Source: Burkholderiaceae bacterium (lineage in GTDB: Bacteria; Pseudomonadota; Gammaproteobacteria; Burkholderiales; Burkholderiaceae_C). Taken from it: a stretch of DNA of 64,000 bases. Made by a program: the position numbers and the translations under genes. Positions 1-8,843 of this stretch are shown here, piece by piece. The stretch spans positions 3,072,605-3,136,604 of the forward strand of contig OZ245724.1 of assembly GCA_965227035.1 (NCBI GenBank), given 5' to 3'. Position 1 is the stretch's first letter. Every line of letters begins with the position of its first letter. The notes beneath the pieces were generated by a model that saw only the letters and a list, made by a program, of their open reading frames with translations, was not told the DNA's origin and did no database searches.

Positions 1-580
1 GCTTGGTGCAATGAATGTAGGTACGCGGCAGTCCGTTGCCGACTGGATTCTTCAAATTCAATGGGCTGCTGTAGAGGCTCATCGGCTGATCGGTGAGACG
101 TCTTTGCACCCATGCTTCGTCGGGCGTTCCCGGCACCATTCCGAAGGATGCCGCAGTACCCGACGGCAGGCCGAATCGGCCCAGACCTTCCCGCGCCGCG
201 ACCATGGCTTTTCGGCGCTCGACTTCTTCTGGCGGGTAGGTGGAAAACAGTGTCTTGTTCGGTTGGAGGATCAGGCTGTCCAGGTACACCAGATGCCTGA
301 TCTTCTCGGGAATACGATCGGCGACACCGCTGATGGGAAGGCCGCCGAAGCTGTGCCCCACCAGAATGATGTCGTCGAGTTCTTCATGCGTGATGTGGTT
401 GATCACGTCCAGAACAAAAGTGTCCAGCGTGATCTGGTCCGAGATGAGATGACTTTTTTCTCCCACGCCGGTTTGATTCGGCGTGGTCACGCGATGCCCT
501 TTTGCGCGCAGCCTGTCGGCCACGCGAGTCCAGCACCACGCGCCATGCCATGCACCGTGAAGAAGAACGAAGTTACTCAT
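1..580 (-). CDS. alpha/beta hydrolase (esterase-like), 3' end cut by window edge
   Basis: Own minus-strand translation from ATG (complement of 578-580): MSNFVLLHGAWHGAWCWTRVADRLRAKGHRVTTPNQTGVGEKS...DDIILVGHSFGGLPISGVADRIPEK. It has the HG oxyanion motif and a GHSFGG nucleophile elbow. The ORF runs off the left edge, so it is absent from the ORF track; the plus-strand ORF 11..622 is its antisense shadow. Confidence 0.75.
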   Translation of the reverse strand, partial: MSNFVLLHGAWHGAWCWTRVADRLRAKGHRVTTPNQTGVGEKSHLISDQITLDTFVLDVINHITHEELDDIILVGHSFGGLPISGVADRIPEKIRHLVYLDSLILQPNKTLFSTYPPEEVERRKAMVAAREGLGRFGLPSGTAASFGMVPGTPDEAWVQRRLTDQPMSLYSSPLNLKNPVGNGLPRTYIHCTK

Positions 581-605
581 CTCTATTCACCAGACCTGAT
601 GCTGA

Positions 606-1832
606 TTACTTCAGCGGTGTGACGAACTTCCAGGTGGAAGTTGCAGGGTCCACTTGCAGAATGCCCACGGGCGAGTTGCCGTCGCCATCGGCATTGAAGC
701 TGATCGCGTTTAAACCCTTGTAGGTCTTGGTGGCGTTGATGCCTTCCATGAGCTTGGTGCGTGCGTCTGCAATAGGCGTGTTGCCGTCGATGCCGGCCTT
801 GCGAGCTGCATCGGCCAGAATGATGACTGCGTCGTAGCCGAGTGCAGCGTTGGACACGTTGGGCGGCTGGAACTGATTGAGCTGCTCGTCTTTCGCGATT
901 GCCGCGTTGTAGCGGGTCACGAAGGACTTGTACTTCGCTGCGTCGCCGGTTGCCATGTCGTTCGATGCCTGGCCGACGGTGTACCACTGCTTGGCTTGCT
1001 CACCCACCGACTTCACTGCCACCTGCGGGAACACGCCTGGGTAAACCACCTGGGTGTTCATGATCGGTGTCGTCACGTTCTGGATTTGAAGTTCGCGTGC
1101 GAAGCGAGCTGCATCGCCGGACAGGATGGCTGCGAGCACTGCGTCGGGCTTCAGGTCCTTCAGGCGAATTGCCATGGGCGAGAAGTCGCTGGCGCCCGAT
1201 GTGAATTCGATGGTACCGACCACTTCGAGGCCCTTGGCTTTCGCAATCTGCTGCCACAGATCGAGCGCAGCCTTGCCGGCCGAGTCGCGAATGTCTGCCA
1301 TGACGGCGACTTTCTTGGTGTTGGGGAACAGCGTGATGAATGCGTCGAGTCCCTTGGGCAACAACACATCGTCGGGCGTATTCAAGCGGGTGCCGTAAGG
1401 ACGCGCCTTGATGCCCGACTTGCTGGAGTTCATGTTGATTGCAGGAATCTTCAGCTGGTTGAAGGTGGGGTACGCGGTTTCCCATTGCCCGCCAGACAGC
1501 GGACCGAGCGTTGCAATTGCACCGCTTGATGCTGCTTCGCGGACACGCAACACGCCTTGATCGGGACGCAGCTGATCGTCCACGCGAACGATCTCGATCA
1601 TGCTGCCGTTGATACCGCCGGCCTTGTTCACGTCATCGACCGCGATGTCGATGGCGATGCCCTGCAACTTGCCCACCGAGCCGAGCTGGCCGGTGAGCGG
1701 AGCCGTGTGCACGACCTTGATCGGGGGCTTGGATTGAGCCTGGGCTGCGCAGGTCATCATGACGACGGCAAGAGCTGCGCCTGCTGTGCCCGAAACGAGG
1801 TTCCAGGCCAGCTTCTTAGAAACTGATTTCAT
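606..1832 (-). CDS. ABC transporter substrate-binding protein, Leu/Ile/Val-binding (LivJ/type I PBP) family, paralog 1
   Basis: 408 aa with an N-terminal signal peptide (..AALAVVMMTCAAQAQS). Periplasmic-binding-protein-like sequence. Downstream of Liv-type permease and ATPase genes on the same strand. Confidence 0.9.
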   Translation of the reverse strand: MKSVSKKLAWNLVSGTAGAALAVVMMTCAAQAQSKPPIKVVHTAPLTGQLGSVGKLQGIAIDIAVDDVNKAGGINGSMIEIVRVDDQLRPDQGVLRVREAASSGAIATLGPLSGGQWETAYPTFNQLKIPAINMNSSKSGIKARPYGTRLNTPDDVLLPKGLDAFITLFPNTKKVAVMADIRDSAGKAALDLWQQIAKAKGLEVVGTIEFTSGASDFSPMAIRLKDLKPDAVLAAILSGDAARFARELQIQNVTTPIMNTQVVYPGVFPQVAVKSVGEQAKQWYTVGQASNDMATGDAAKYKSFVTRYNAAIAKDEQLNQFQPPNVSNAALGYDAVIILADAARKAGIDGNTPIADARTKLMEGINATKTYKGLNAISFNADGDGNSPVGILQVDPATSTWKFVTPLK

Positions 1833-1856
1833 TTACTACTTTCTGGTAACTGAGAC

Positions 1857-1890
1857 AAAAAAAGAGCGCTCGGTCGGGAGCGCTCTTTTT
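1857..1890. terminator. Rho-independent terminator-like hairpin between the two binding-protein genes
   Basis: A7-GAGCGCTC-ggtcgg-GAGCGCTC-T5: an 8-bp GC stem extendable by 5 A:T pairs. Read on the minus strand the stem is followed by T7. Confidence 0.6.
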
Positions 1891-1896
1891 AAAAAC

Positions 1897-3099
1897 TTAC
1901 TTCAGGAACTTCCAGGTGGAAGTTGCGGGGTCCACTTGCAGGACACCGACCTTTTCGATCGCGTCGCCGAAGGGGTTGAACTTCAGTTCGTTGATGCCGC
2001 GATAGACCTTGGTTTCGTTGATCGCGGTGCTCAGTGCTTCACGTGCGGGCTGGATAGGCGTGCTGCCGTCGATCTTGGCCTTGCGTGCGCTTTCGGCAAC
2101 CAGCATCACTGCGCTGTAGCCGAGGCTTGCGTTCGCGACGTTAGGCGGCTGGAACTGGTTCAGCTGCGGATCTTTTGCGATCGCGTCGATGTACTTCTGC
2201 ACGAATGCCTTGTACTTCACCGGGTCGCCGGACGACACGCTGTTCGATGCCTGACCGACCACGTACCACTGCTTGGCCTGATCGCCGACAGTCTTGCTGA
2301 TGGTTTGCGGGAACACGCCGGGATAGATCAGCGGGTTGCACAGGATTGGCACCGTGACCGTCTGGATTTGCAGCTCGCGTGCAAGCTTCGCGGCATCGCC
2401 GGAAAGAATCGCGGTGAGCACTAGGTCGGGCTTCATTTCCTTGAGCTTGATGGCCACAGGCGAGAAGTCGGTCATGCCCGAAGTGAATTCGATCGTGCCG
2501 ACGATTTCCATGCCCTTGGCCTTGGCGATGTTGGTCCAGCTTTCGATAGCGGCCTTGCCTGCAGCTTCGCGAATGTCGCCCATGACGGCAACACGCTTGG
2601 CCTTGGGGAACAGCTTGACGAACTCGTCGAAACCTTGCGGCAGCGAGTTGTCATCGGGCGTATTCAGACGCGTGCCGTAAGGACGCGCCGCAATGCCAGG
2701 CTTGTTCGAATTCATGTTGATCGAAGGCATGCGCAGCGAATTGATGGTCGCTGCAGCGGTTTCCCACTGCGTAGACGACATCGGGCCGAGGACCGCGAGC
2801 GCACCGCTGGACGATGCTTCGCGAATGCGCAGCACGCCCTGATCGGGACGCAGCTGGTCATCGAAGCGCACGATCTCGATCATGCTGCCGTTGATGCCGC
2901 CGGACTTGTTGACTTCATCGACGGCGATGTCGATCGCGATGCCTTGCAGCTTGCCCACCGAGCCGAGCTGGCCCGACAGAGGAGCCGTGTGCACGATCTT
3001 GATCGGCGGCTTGGCTTGCGCGTGAGCTGTGCTCACGACACCTGCAAAAGCCAGTGTCGATGCGACTGCAAGGACCAGGCGGGAGAAGGATAGTTTCAT
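1897..3099 (-). CDS. ABC transporter substrate-binding protein, Leu/Ile/Val-binding family, paralog 2
   Basis: 400 aa with a signal peptide (..AFAGVVSTAHAQA). The mature N-terminus is almost identical to paralog 1 (KPPIKIVHTAPLSGQLGSVGKLQGIAIDIAVDEVNKSGGINGSMIEIVRFDDQLRPDQGVLRIREA). Confidence 0.9.
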   Translation of the reverse strand: MKLSFSRLVLAVASTLAFAGVVSTAHAQAKPPIKIVHTAPLSGQLGSVGKLQGIAIDIAVDEVNKSGGINGSMIEIVRFDDQLRPDQGVLRIREASSSGALAVLGPMSSTQWETAAATINSLRMPSINMNSNKPGIAARPYGTRLNTPDDNSLPQGFDEFVKLFPKAKRVAVMGDIREAAGKAAIESWTNIAKAKGMEIVGTIEFTSGMTDFSPVAIKLKEMKPDLVLTAILSGDAAKLARELQIQTVTVPILCNPLIYPGVFPQTISKTVGDQAKQWYVVGQASNSVSSGDPVKYKAFVQKYIDAIAKDPQLNQFQPPNVANASLGYSAVMLVAESARKAKIDGSTPIQPAREALSTAINETKVYRGINELKFNPFGDAIEKVGVLQVDPATSTWKFLK

Positions 3100-3143
3100 G
3101 ATGGACGCTCCTGAGAAAAAATCTGCTTTGAAGAAACGGGATG

Positions 3144-3176
3144 GGTGAACTGACGAACCGGGTGAATCACGAACCG
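3144..3176. repeat. 17/16-bp tandem duplication spanning the livF-like stop codon
   Basis: ggtgaactgacgaaccg (3144-3160) followed by ggtgaatcacgaaccg (3161-3176). The stop codon (complement of 3167-3169) lies in the second copy. Confidence 0.7.
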
Positions 3177-3910
3177 AGGTAATGAGAAAGCACAGCGTCG
3201 TCGGCTAACAGATCCGTCGACTTGCCGTCATGCACCATGACCCCTTGCTTGAGGACATAAGCGCGATGAGAAAGCTTCAGTGCCGCACGCGCGTTCTGCT
3301 CGACGATCAGGATCGTGAGACCCGTATCGCGCAATTCGCGCAGCACCGAAAAAACGGTAGACACCATCACCGGCGACAGGCCGAGCGAGGGTTCGTCGAG
3401 CATCAGAAGCTTGGGACGCGCAAGAATAGGACGAGCCATTGCGAGCTGTTGCTGCTCGCCGCCCGACATGCTTCCTGCGGCCTGCTTCAGGCGCTCTTTC
3501 AATCTTGGAAACCGAAGGAACACGCGCTCGCATGCTTCTTCGAAAGACTCTGTAGTGCTGGTATCGCGATCGAACGCGATCTTCAGATTCTCCTGAACCG
3601 AAAGACGTCCGAGCGTGCCGCGCCCTTCAGGAATATGCAGCAAGCCCTTGCGTGCAATCGTGTGCACCGGCAATTTGGACAGGTCCATATCGCCGAAGGT
3701 CGCCGAACCGGTGGTTGGACGCAGCAGGCCGGAGAGCGTACGCATCAGCGTCGATTTACCGGCGCCGTTGGCTCCGATGACCGCGACGGTTTCGCCCTCT
3801 TTCACGTTTAGCGTGACGCCGCGCAGTGCCTTGATGGCACCGTAGTTGACATGCAGGTTGTCTACCGACAGAACGGGTTTGCCGCTCGGGCTGTTCATGG
3901 CATCGGTCAT
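3167..3910 (-). CDS. branched-chain-amino-acid-type ABC transporter ATP-binding protein (LivF-like)
   Basis: Walker A GANGAGKST, signature MSGGEQQ, Walker B LLMLDEPS. Its start overlaps the upstream stop by ATGA. Confidence 0.9.
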   Translation of the reverse strand: MTDAMNSPSGKPVLSVDNLHVNYGAIKALRGVTLNVKEGETVAVIGANGAGKSTLMRTLSGLLRPTTGSATFGDMDLSKLPVHTIARKGLLHIPEGRGTLGRLSVQENLKIAFDRDTSTTESFEEACERVFLRFPRLKERLKQAAGSMSGGEQQQLAMARPILARPKLLMLDEPSLGLSPVMVSTVFSVLRELRDTGLTILIVEQNARAALKLSHRAYVLKQGVMVHDGKSTDLLADDAVLSHYLGS

Positions 3911-4695
3911 GCTGCGACCTCCTCTTCGTCCGGCCCCAGATAGGCCTCGATGACTTGCGGATGCGTGAGCACCGATTCGACCGAGCCTTCGGTCACCAGC
4001 TTGCCCGCGATGAGCGCGATCAATCGGCTGGACAGCGCGCGAATCAAGGACATGTCGTGTTCAACCAGAAGAATCGCTTCGACACGCGAACGTGCCTTGC
4101 CGATGTCTTCCACCAGCGCTGCGGTCTCTTCTTCGTTCATGCCGGCGGCGGGTTCGTCGAGCAACAGCAGTTTGGGTTTGGTCGACAGCGCGCGTGCAAT
4201 TTCGAGCCGACGCGCAGCGCCGTACGGCAGGCTGCCGGCAGTCTGATCGGCCAGATGCGTGAGACGCATCAGATCGAGCAGTTCGATGGCAGCATCGAGG
4301 TTCTTGCGACGGCCGGTGAACATCGTGCGGAAAGGCGTGTATGCGGTTGCAGGATCTGCAACCAGCACGTTCTCCAGCACGGTCATGCGCTTGAACAGAC
4401 GGATGTTCTGGAAGGTTCTACCGATGCCGCTACGAGCCATCTTCTGGCGCGAGAATTCGGTGGCATCTTCGCCGTCGAACTGAATGGTTCCCGACGTAGG
4501 CGCGTAGAACTTGGTGACCAAATTGATGAACACCGATTTGCCTGCACCGTTGGGACCGACCACGCCGAGAATCTCTCCGCGCTTGATATCGATGGACACA
4601 TCGGACAGCGCAGTGAGCCCGCCGAAAGTTTTGGTCATGTTGCGTGCGACGAGAATGGAATCGCCCACGTTCGAGGTGACTGGAGTCGCGCTCAT
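3907..4695 (-). CDS. branched-chain-amino-acid-type ABC transporter ATP-binding protein (LivG-like)
   Basis: I use the internal start MSATPVTSNVGDSILVARNMTKTFGG (codon 171 of the 432-aa track ORF; ATG = complement of 4693-4695). It overlaps the permease stop as ATGA. Walker A GPNGAGKS, LLLLDEPAAG. Confidence 0.85.
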   Translation of the reverse strand: MSATPVTSNVGDSILVARNMTKTFGGLTALSDVSIDIKRGEILGVVGPNGAGKSVFINLVTKFYAPTSGTIQFDGEDATEFSRQKMARSGIGRTFQNIRLFKRMTVLENVLVADPATAYTPFRTMFTGRRKNLDAAIELLDLMRLTHLADQTAGSLPYGAARRLEIARALSTKPKLLLLDEPAAGMNEEETAALVEDIGKARSRVEAILLVEHDMSLIRALSSRLIALIAGKLVTEGSVESVLTHPQVIEAYLGPDEEEVAA

Positions 4696-5561
4696 TGCAC
4701 TTCCTCCTTCAGCTTCGCGAGTGTCTCGTGTTGCTCGACAGACTCTTTGCGCGACAACTTGATCGTCTTGAATCGCTTCACGGTCAGGCCTTGAGGACGG
4801 AACAGCAGCAGCACGATGATCACGACTGCAAATACAGTCGGACGCCATTCGCGCATGAAGGTCACTTCTTCCGGAACGATGGTCATGATCGCCGCGCCGA
4901 GTGCGCATCCGAGCATGTTGTTGGTGCCGCCCAAAATCACGAACATCACGGCGTAAGTCGACATGAGAACGTTGAACGTATCGGGACGCACGAAGGTGAG
5001 GTAGTGACCGTAGAGGCCGCCGGCGTAACCGCAGATCGCGGAGCCGATCGAGAAAGCCATCAGCTTCACGAACACCGAGTTGATGCCCAGTGCCGCAGCG
5101 ATGTCGTCGTCTTCGCGCACCGCATCGATAGTTCGCTGCAAGGGAGAAATCGACAGCAGGAAAAGCGCGATGCCGACAACCGCCACCGAGATACCTGCAT
5201 GCCACAAGGTTGCACCGCTCATGCCGCCGAAGCCGACCGAGCTACCGACGTATTCGACGTTCTCGAAAATCACTTGCGTGGACATAGCGATGCCGAGCGT
5301 CGTGAGAATCAGGTAGATACCGCGAAGGCGAAGCGCGGGATAGCCGAGGATGAATCCGGCAAGACCTGCGCCGATGCCGCCCACGATGCAGGCAGGGATC
5401 AAAGGCATGCCGAATTTGACGGTCAGGATGCCCGCGCCGTAGCAACCCATGGCCACGAATGCTGCCGCGCCGAAGTTCAACACACCCGCCGACAAGGCGA
5501 TGTACACACCCCATGCCATGAGGATGTTGATGCAGGCGAAGAAAAGAATATCTGGGGTCAT
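4692..5561 (-). CDS. ABC transporter permease (LivM-like)
   Basis: 289 aa, polytopic and hydrophobic. Operon position between the LivH-like and LivG-like genes. Confidence 0.85.
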   Translation of the reverse strand: MTPDILFFACINILMAWGVYIALSAGVLNFGAAAFVAMGCYGAGILTVKFGMPLIPACIVGGIGAGLAGFILGYPALRLRGIYLILTTLGIAMSTQVIFENVEYVGSSVGFGGMSGATLWHAGISVAVVGIALFLLSISPLQRTIDAVREDDDIAAALGINSVFVKLMAFSIGSAICGYAGGLYGHYLTFVRPDTFNVLMSTYAVMFVILGGTNNMLGCALGAAIMTIVPEEVTFMREWRPTVFAVVIIVLLLFRPQGLTVKRFKTIKLSRKESVEQHETLAKLKEEVQ

Positions 5562-6445
5562 GCGCGTGTCGCTCCACCGTGGAAGACGCTACCGAACAGC
5601 CCTTGAGGACGAATCAACAGCACGAGAATCATGACCGCCCAGACCAGCAGATCGACCAGATATCCGTAGCCGAACTGAGTGGCCATGGCTTCGACCACAC
5701 CGATGAGCAGGCCGCCGATGACCGCACCCCACGCATTGCCCATGCCGCCGATTGCGGTAATGGCCAACGCCTTCAGGCCGAAGGTCAAACCGATGTCCGA
5801 GTTGACCGTGCCAACGCGAAGAGCGAACAGCAGACCCGCCAGCGCAGCGAGCGCAGACGAAAGAAAGAACACCTGCTGCCCCACCTGCTTGACTGGAATG
5901 CCGAGCAGAGATGCGTTGGTGGCGTTGTCTGCCACAGCACGAATGTTGCGCCCCATCTTGGTTTTCTCGAGCAGCAAATGCAGGCCGATGACGAACACTG
6001 CCGTAAGAACAATTACCAGACCTTGAACCGGCACGAAACGAACACCGGCAATTTCGAAACTGCCCGATCCGAAGTTGTTTACGAGCGGAAGCGCCAAGGG
6101 CTCGGTGCCCCACTTGTGGTGGACCAGATCGATGATCAGCAGGCCGACCGCCATGGACGACAAGGCTGCAGTGATGTTGGCTTCTTCGGAATTGAGGTTA
6201 CGAAAGCTGATGCGTTCGACCACGATGCCGAGAATTCCACCAAGCACGAAAGCCATCAACATGGCCAACGGGATCGAAGGCGCGATCGAGGCCGACACCA
6301 AACCGATGAAGCCGCCGATCATGAAGACTTCGGTATGAGCGAAGTTCAACCGATGCAGCACGCCCACGATGTGCGTGAAGCCTACGGCCACGAGTGCGTA
6401 AAGCCCCCCGACCATCAGCCCGTTAAGTATTTGTCCAGCAAACAT
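5558..6445 (-). CDS. ABC transporter permease (LivH-like)
   Basis: 295 aa. Begins MFAGQILNGLMVGGLYALVAVGF, typical of the LivH family. 4-nt overlap with the next gene. Confidence 0.85.
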   Translation of the reverse strand: MFAGQILNGLMVGGLYALVAVGFTHIVGVLHRLNFAHTEVFMIGGFIGLVSASIAPSIPLAMLMAFVLGGILGIVVERISFRNLNSEEANITAALSSMAVGLLIIDLVHHKWGTEPLALPLVNNFGSGSFEIAGVRFVPVQGLVIVLTAVFVIGLHLLLEKTKMGRNIRAVADNATNASLLGIPVKQVGQQVFFLSSALAALAGLLFALRVGTVNSDIGLTFGLKALAITAIGGMGNAWGAVIGGLLIGVVEAMATQFGYGYLVDLLVWAVMILVLLIRPQGLFGSVFHGGATRA

Positions 6446-6479
6446 GCGTTGATCGCTTCCGGTTCAGGTCGGTTGAAAA

Positions 6480-7220
6480 TTAGAAGTGCGACATGAGCTT
6501 GCCGAAGCCCTGGATCTTGTCGTTGATACCGACTGCGCGAAGCGCGTGCCAGTACGTGGCGGTGTTGATCGCAATGACGGGCTTGCCGAGAAAGAGTTCC
6601 GCAGCTGCTGCAAAGCGAATGGCCGACAGGTTGGTGCCGACCTGCACGATCGCATCGACGTCGTCGCCATTGAGTTGCATCAGTGCATCGCGAACCATGT
6701 CGTCGGTGGTGTACGCAATCGCGACCGGGCTGGGACGACGCAGGCAGATATCGCGAACCACCGTGAAGCCGCAGTCTTGATAGAAGCGACGAACCTGATC
6801 GTTGGCGACAGGGAAATAAGGCGAGAAGAACGCGATCTTCTTTGCACCGTAGGCGTTCAGCGCCGCTTCGGTCGCGAAGGATCCGCAAGACACGCCCACG
6901 CCCACGCGGTCACGCATCAGCTGAAGGTATTTTTCTGCGCCGGCACGGCCGTCCCAGAAAGTCGCAGCAGACATGCCCATGACCAGATACTGGATCTCGC
7001 AGCTCTTCAACACGTCGGCAGCCTGCAGCGTGTTTTCCTGAATGTTTTGCACCAGTTGCAAAAACTCTGCATCGGTGTTGACCGGATCGTTAGGAATCAC
7101 GATGCGGCTGTAGTGGTTGGTCACGCCGACCGGACGCAGATCGTCGAAGTCGGGTTGAACGATGGTGTTGGTGGAGGGGCCGAGAGCCCCGAACTTCATT
7201 CGATAACCTAGATGATCCAT
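6480..7220 (-). CDS. Asp/Glu/hydantoin-racemase superfamily protein (maleate isomerase / arylmalonate decarboxylase-like)
   Basis: 246 aa. The N-terminal GALGPSTNTIVQPDF matches the (I/V)VPSSNT-type motif of this family, and length and layout fit. The expected catalytic Cys positions read GMS and GTN (see findings). The start could also be M8 (7199). Confidence 0.7.
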   Translation of the reverse strand: MDHLGYRMKFGALGPSTNTIVQPDFDDLRPVGVTNHYSRIVIPNDPVNTDAEFLQLVQNIQENTLQAADVLKSCEIQYLVMGMSAATFWDGRAGAEKYLQLMRDRVGVGVSCGSFATEAALNAYGAKKIAFFSPYFPVANDQVRRFYQDCGFTVVRDICLRRPSPVAIAYTTDDMVRDALMQLNGDDVDAIVQVGTNLSAIRFAAAAELFLGKPVIAINTATYWHALRAVGINDKIQGFGKLMSHF

Positions 7221-7256
7221 GTCACACGTCCACTTCTGAATTTCAATTCGATTGCA

Positions 7257-7292
7257 ATTGCGACTACTTTTGCGATTGCGATTACTTTTGCG
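7257..7292. repeat. 18-bp x2 tandem duplication spanning the stop codon of the isochorismatase-like gene
   Basis: attgcgactacttttgcg / attgcgattacttttgcg (1 mismatch). On the coding strand this reads ..S Q K TAA S Q | S Q K TAG S Q. Confidence 0.8.
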
Positions 7293-7905
7293 ATGCGAGC
7301 GCAGCCAGGAACTCGTCGCGCGTCATCACGTCTGCGTACTTCTGGCGCATGTCGAACAGGTTCGCTTCATGCGGCTCCATCGCGCGATCGCCGACGCAGT
7401 CCTCGATCACGATGGTGCGGAAATTGAACTGCACTGCGTCGATCACGGTGGCGCGAATGCAGCCGCTGGTGGTGCAGCCAGTCACGATAGCCGTGTCGAC
7501 GCCGCGGAATCGCAGCCACTCCGACAAGCCTGTCGAGAAGAACGCAGATGCGCCCTGCTTGCGAACCACGAACTCGCCGTCACCGGGCGTGAGCTCGGAG
7601 ACGAATTGCGAGATGTGCGATGTTTCGGTCAGCGTGCGAAGACCGGGCACTTTCATGCTGAAGGCATTCGCACCGGCTTCGTTTTCCGGATACACGACGC
7701 GCGTGTGTGCGACCGGCAAACCTTGTTCGCGAAATGCTGCAAGCAAAGGCACGGTCGCATTCACGGCTTCGACAATGTGCGGGCCACCGAAGTGTTCCGG
7801 ATCGACGAAACCGTTCACGAAGTCCACCAGGATCAGACCGCAGCGCTTACCGATGCCTACGGTCTGCCCGAACTTCTGTTTCTTGTAGACGTCGTCGCGG
7901 CTCAT
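7282..7905 (-). CDS. isochorismatase-family cysteine hydrolase (maleamate/N-carbamoylsarcosine amidohydrolase-like)
   Basis: 207 aa. LILVDFVNGF (Asp block) and VTGCTTSGCIRAT (nucleophile Cys block) are hallmarks of the isochorismatase/CSHase family. Confidence 0.85.
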   Translation of the reverse strand: MSRDDVYKKQKFGQTVGIGKRCGLILVDFVNGFVDPEHFGGPHIVEAVNATVPLLAAFREQGLPVAHTRVVYPENEAGANAFSMKVPGLRTLTETSHISQFVSELTPGDGEFVVRKQGASAFFSTGLSEWLRFRGVDTAIVTGCTTSGCIRATVIDAVQFNFRTIVIEDCVGDRAMEPHEANLFDMRQKYADVMTRDEFLAALASQK

Positions 7906-8843
7906 GCTTTTTCCGTCGCCTTCATCACTTCTTTCGCGATGGCAGGCTTGTTGTCTGCGTGTGCGGAGTCGAACTCGGCAACCCAGTCGAAGCCGAGCAG
8001 CGTCGAGAACTTCTGGAAGTCATGAACCGGGGCGGTCAACTCTGCGCTAGAACGAGTCTTCTTGAAGGTGTTGTAGACGCTTTCGAAAGCAGCGCCAGCA
8101 GCCAGGAAAGCCGCCGAGGGGAAGATAGCCAGGCGGTAGCCAACGCGTGCCAATTCGGCCTCGGACAGCACCGGTGTGCGGCCGCCTTCGACCATGTTCG
8201 CAAGCATCGGCTTGTCGAATGCCTTGCCGATTTTTTCCATCTCTTCGATGGACTCCGGGCTCTCGACGAAAAGAATGTCGGCTCCTGCCTTGGAATACAT
8301 CTCCATGCGGCGAAGCGCTTCGTCCAGGCCGTGAACGGTGCGCGCATCGGTACGGGCGATGATCTGGAAATTCTTGTCGGTGCGGGTTTCGACTGCAACC
8401 TTGATCTTCGCGACCATGTCTTCGGCAGGCACCACGCGGCGACCCAGCATGTGGCCGCACTTCTTCGGGAATTCCTGGTCTTCGAGCTGGATGACGCAAG
8501 CGCCGGCTTCTTCGTAGCTGCGCACCGTGTGCATCACGTTGAGCAAACCACCGTAGCCGGTATCGCCATCGCAAATCATTGGGGTGTCGGTGATGGACGT
8601 GAGCTGCTTGACCCGGTTGATCATGTCCGAGAAGCTAGCGATGCCCGCATCGGGCATGCCCAGATACGAGGCAACCGTGCCGTAGCCGGTCATGTACAGG
8701 GCGTCGAAGCCCATGCGATCGGCCATCTTGGCGGAAATGCCTTCGAAGATGCCGGGAGCAATGACGAGCTTGCCACTGTCCATGCGTGCTTTGAGTTCTG
8801 CGCGTTTTTGCGCATTCGTTTTTGTGGTCAGACCTTGTTTCAT
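7902..8843 (-). CDS. isocitrate lyase / PEP mutase family enzyme (methylisocitrate-lyase / oxaloacetate-decarboxylase-like)
   Basis: 313 aa. Family motifs ICDGDTGYGG, QLEDQEFPKKCGH and ARTDA. ATGA overlaps at both ends. Confidence 0.85.
   Translation of the reverse strand: MKQGLTTKTNAQKRAELKARMDSGKLVIAPGIFEGISAKMADRMGFDALYMTGYGTVASYLGMPDAGIASFSDMINRVKQLTSITDTPMICDGDTGYGGLLNVMHTVRSYEEAGACVIQLEDQEFPKKCGHMLGRRVVPAEDMVAKIKVAVETRTDKNFQIIARTDARTVHGLDEALRRMEMYSKAGADILFVESPESIEEMEKIGKAFDKPMLANMVEGGRTPVLSEAELARVGYRLAIFPSAAFLAAGAAFESVYNTFKKTRSSAELTAPVHDFQKFSTLLGFDWVAEFDSAHADNKPAIAKEVMKATEKA

Noticed and set aside
11-622. 203-aa plus-strand ORF at the left edge
   Set aside because: The sequence is Arg/His-rich and not protein-like. 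The opposite strand encodes a clean alpha/beta hydrolase with a GHSFGG motif starting at 580, so this ORF is its antisense shadow.
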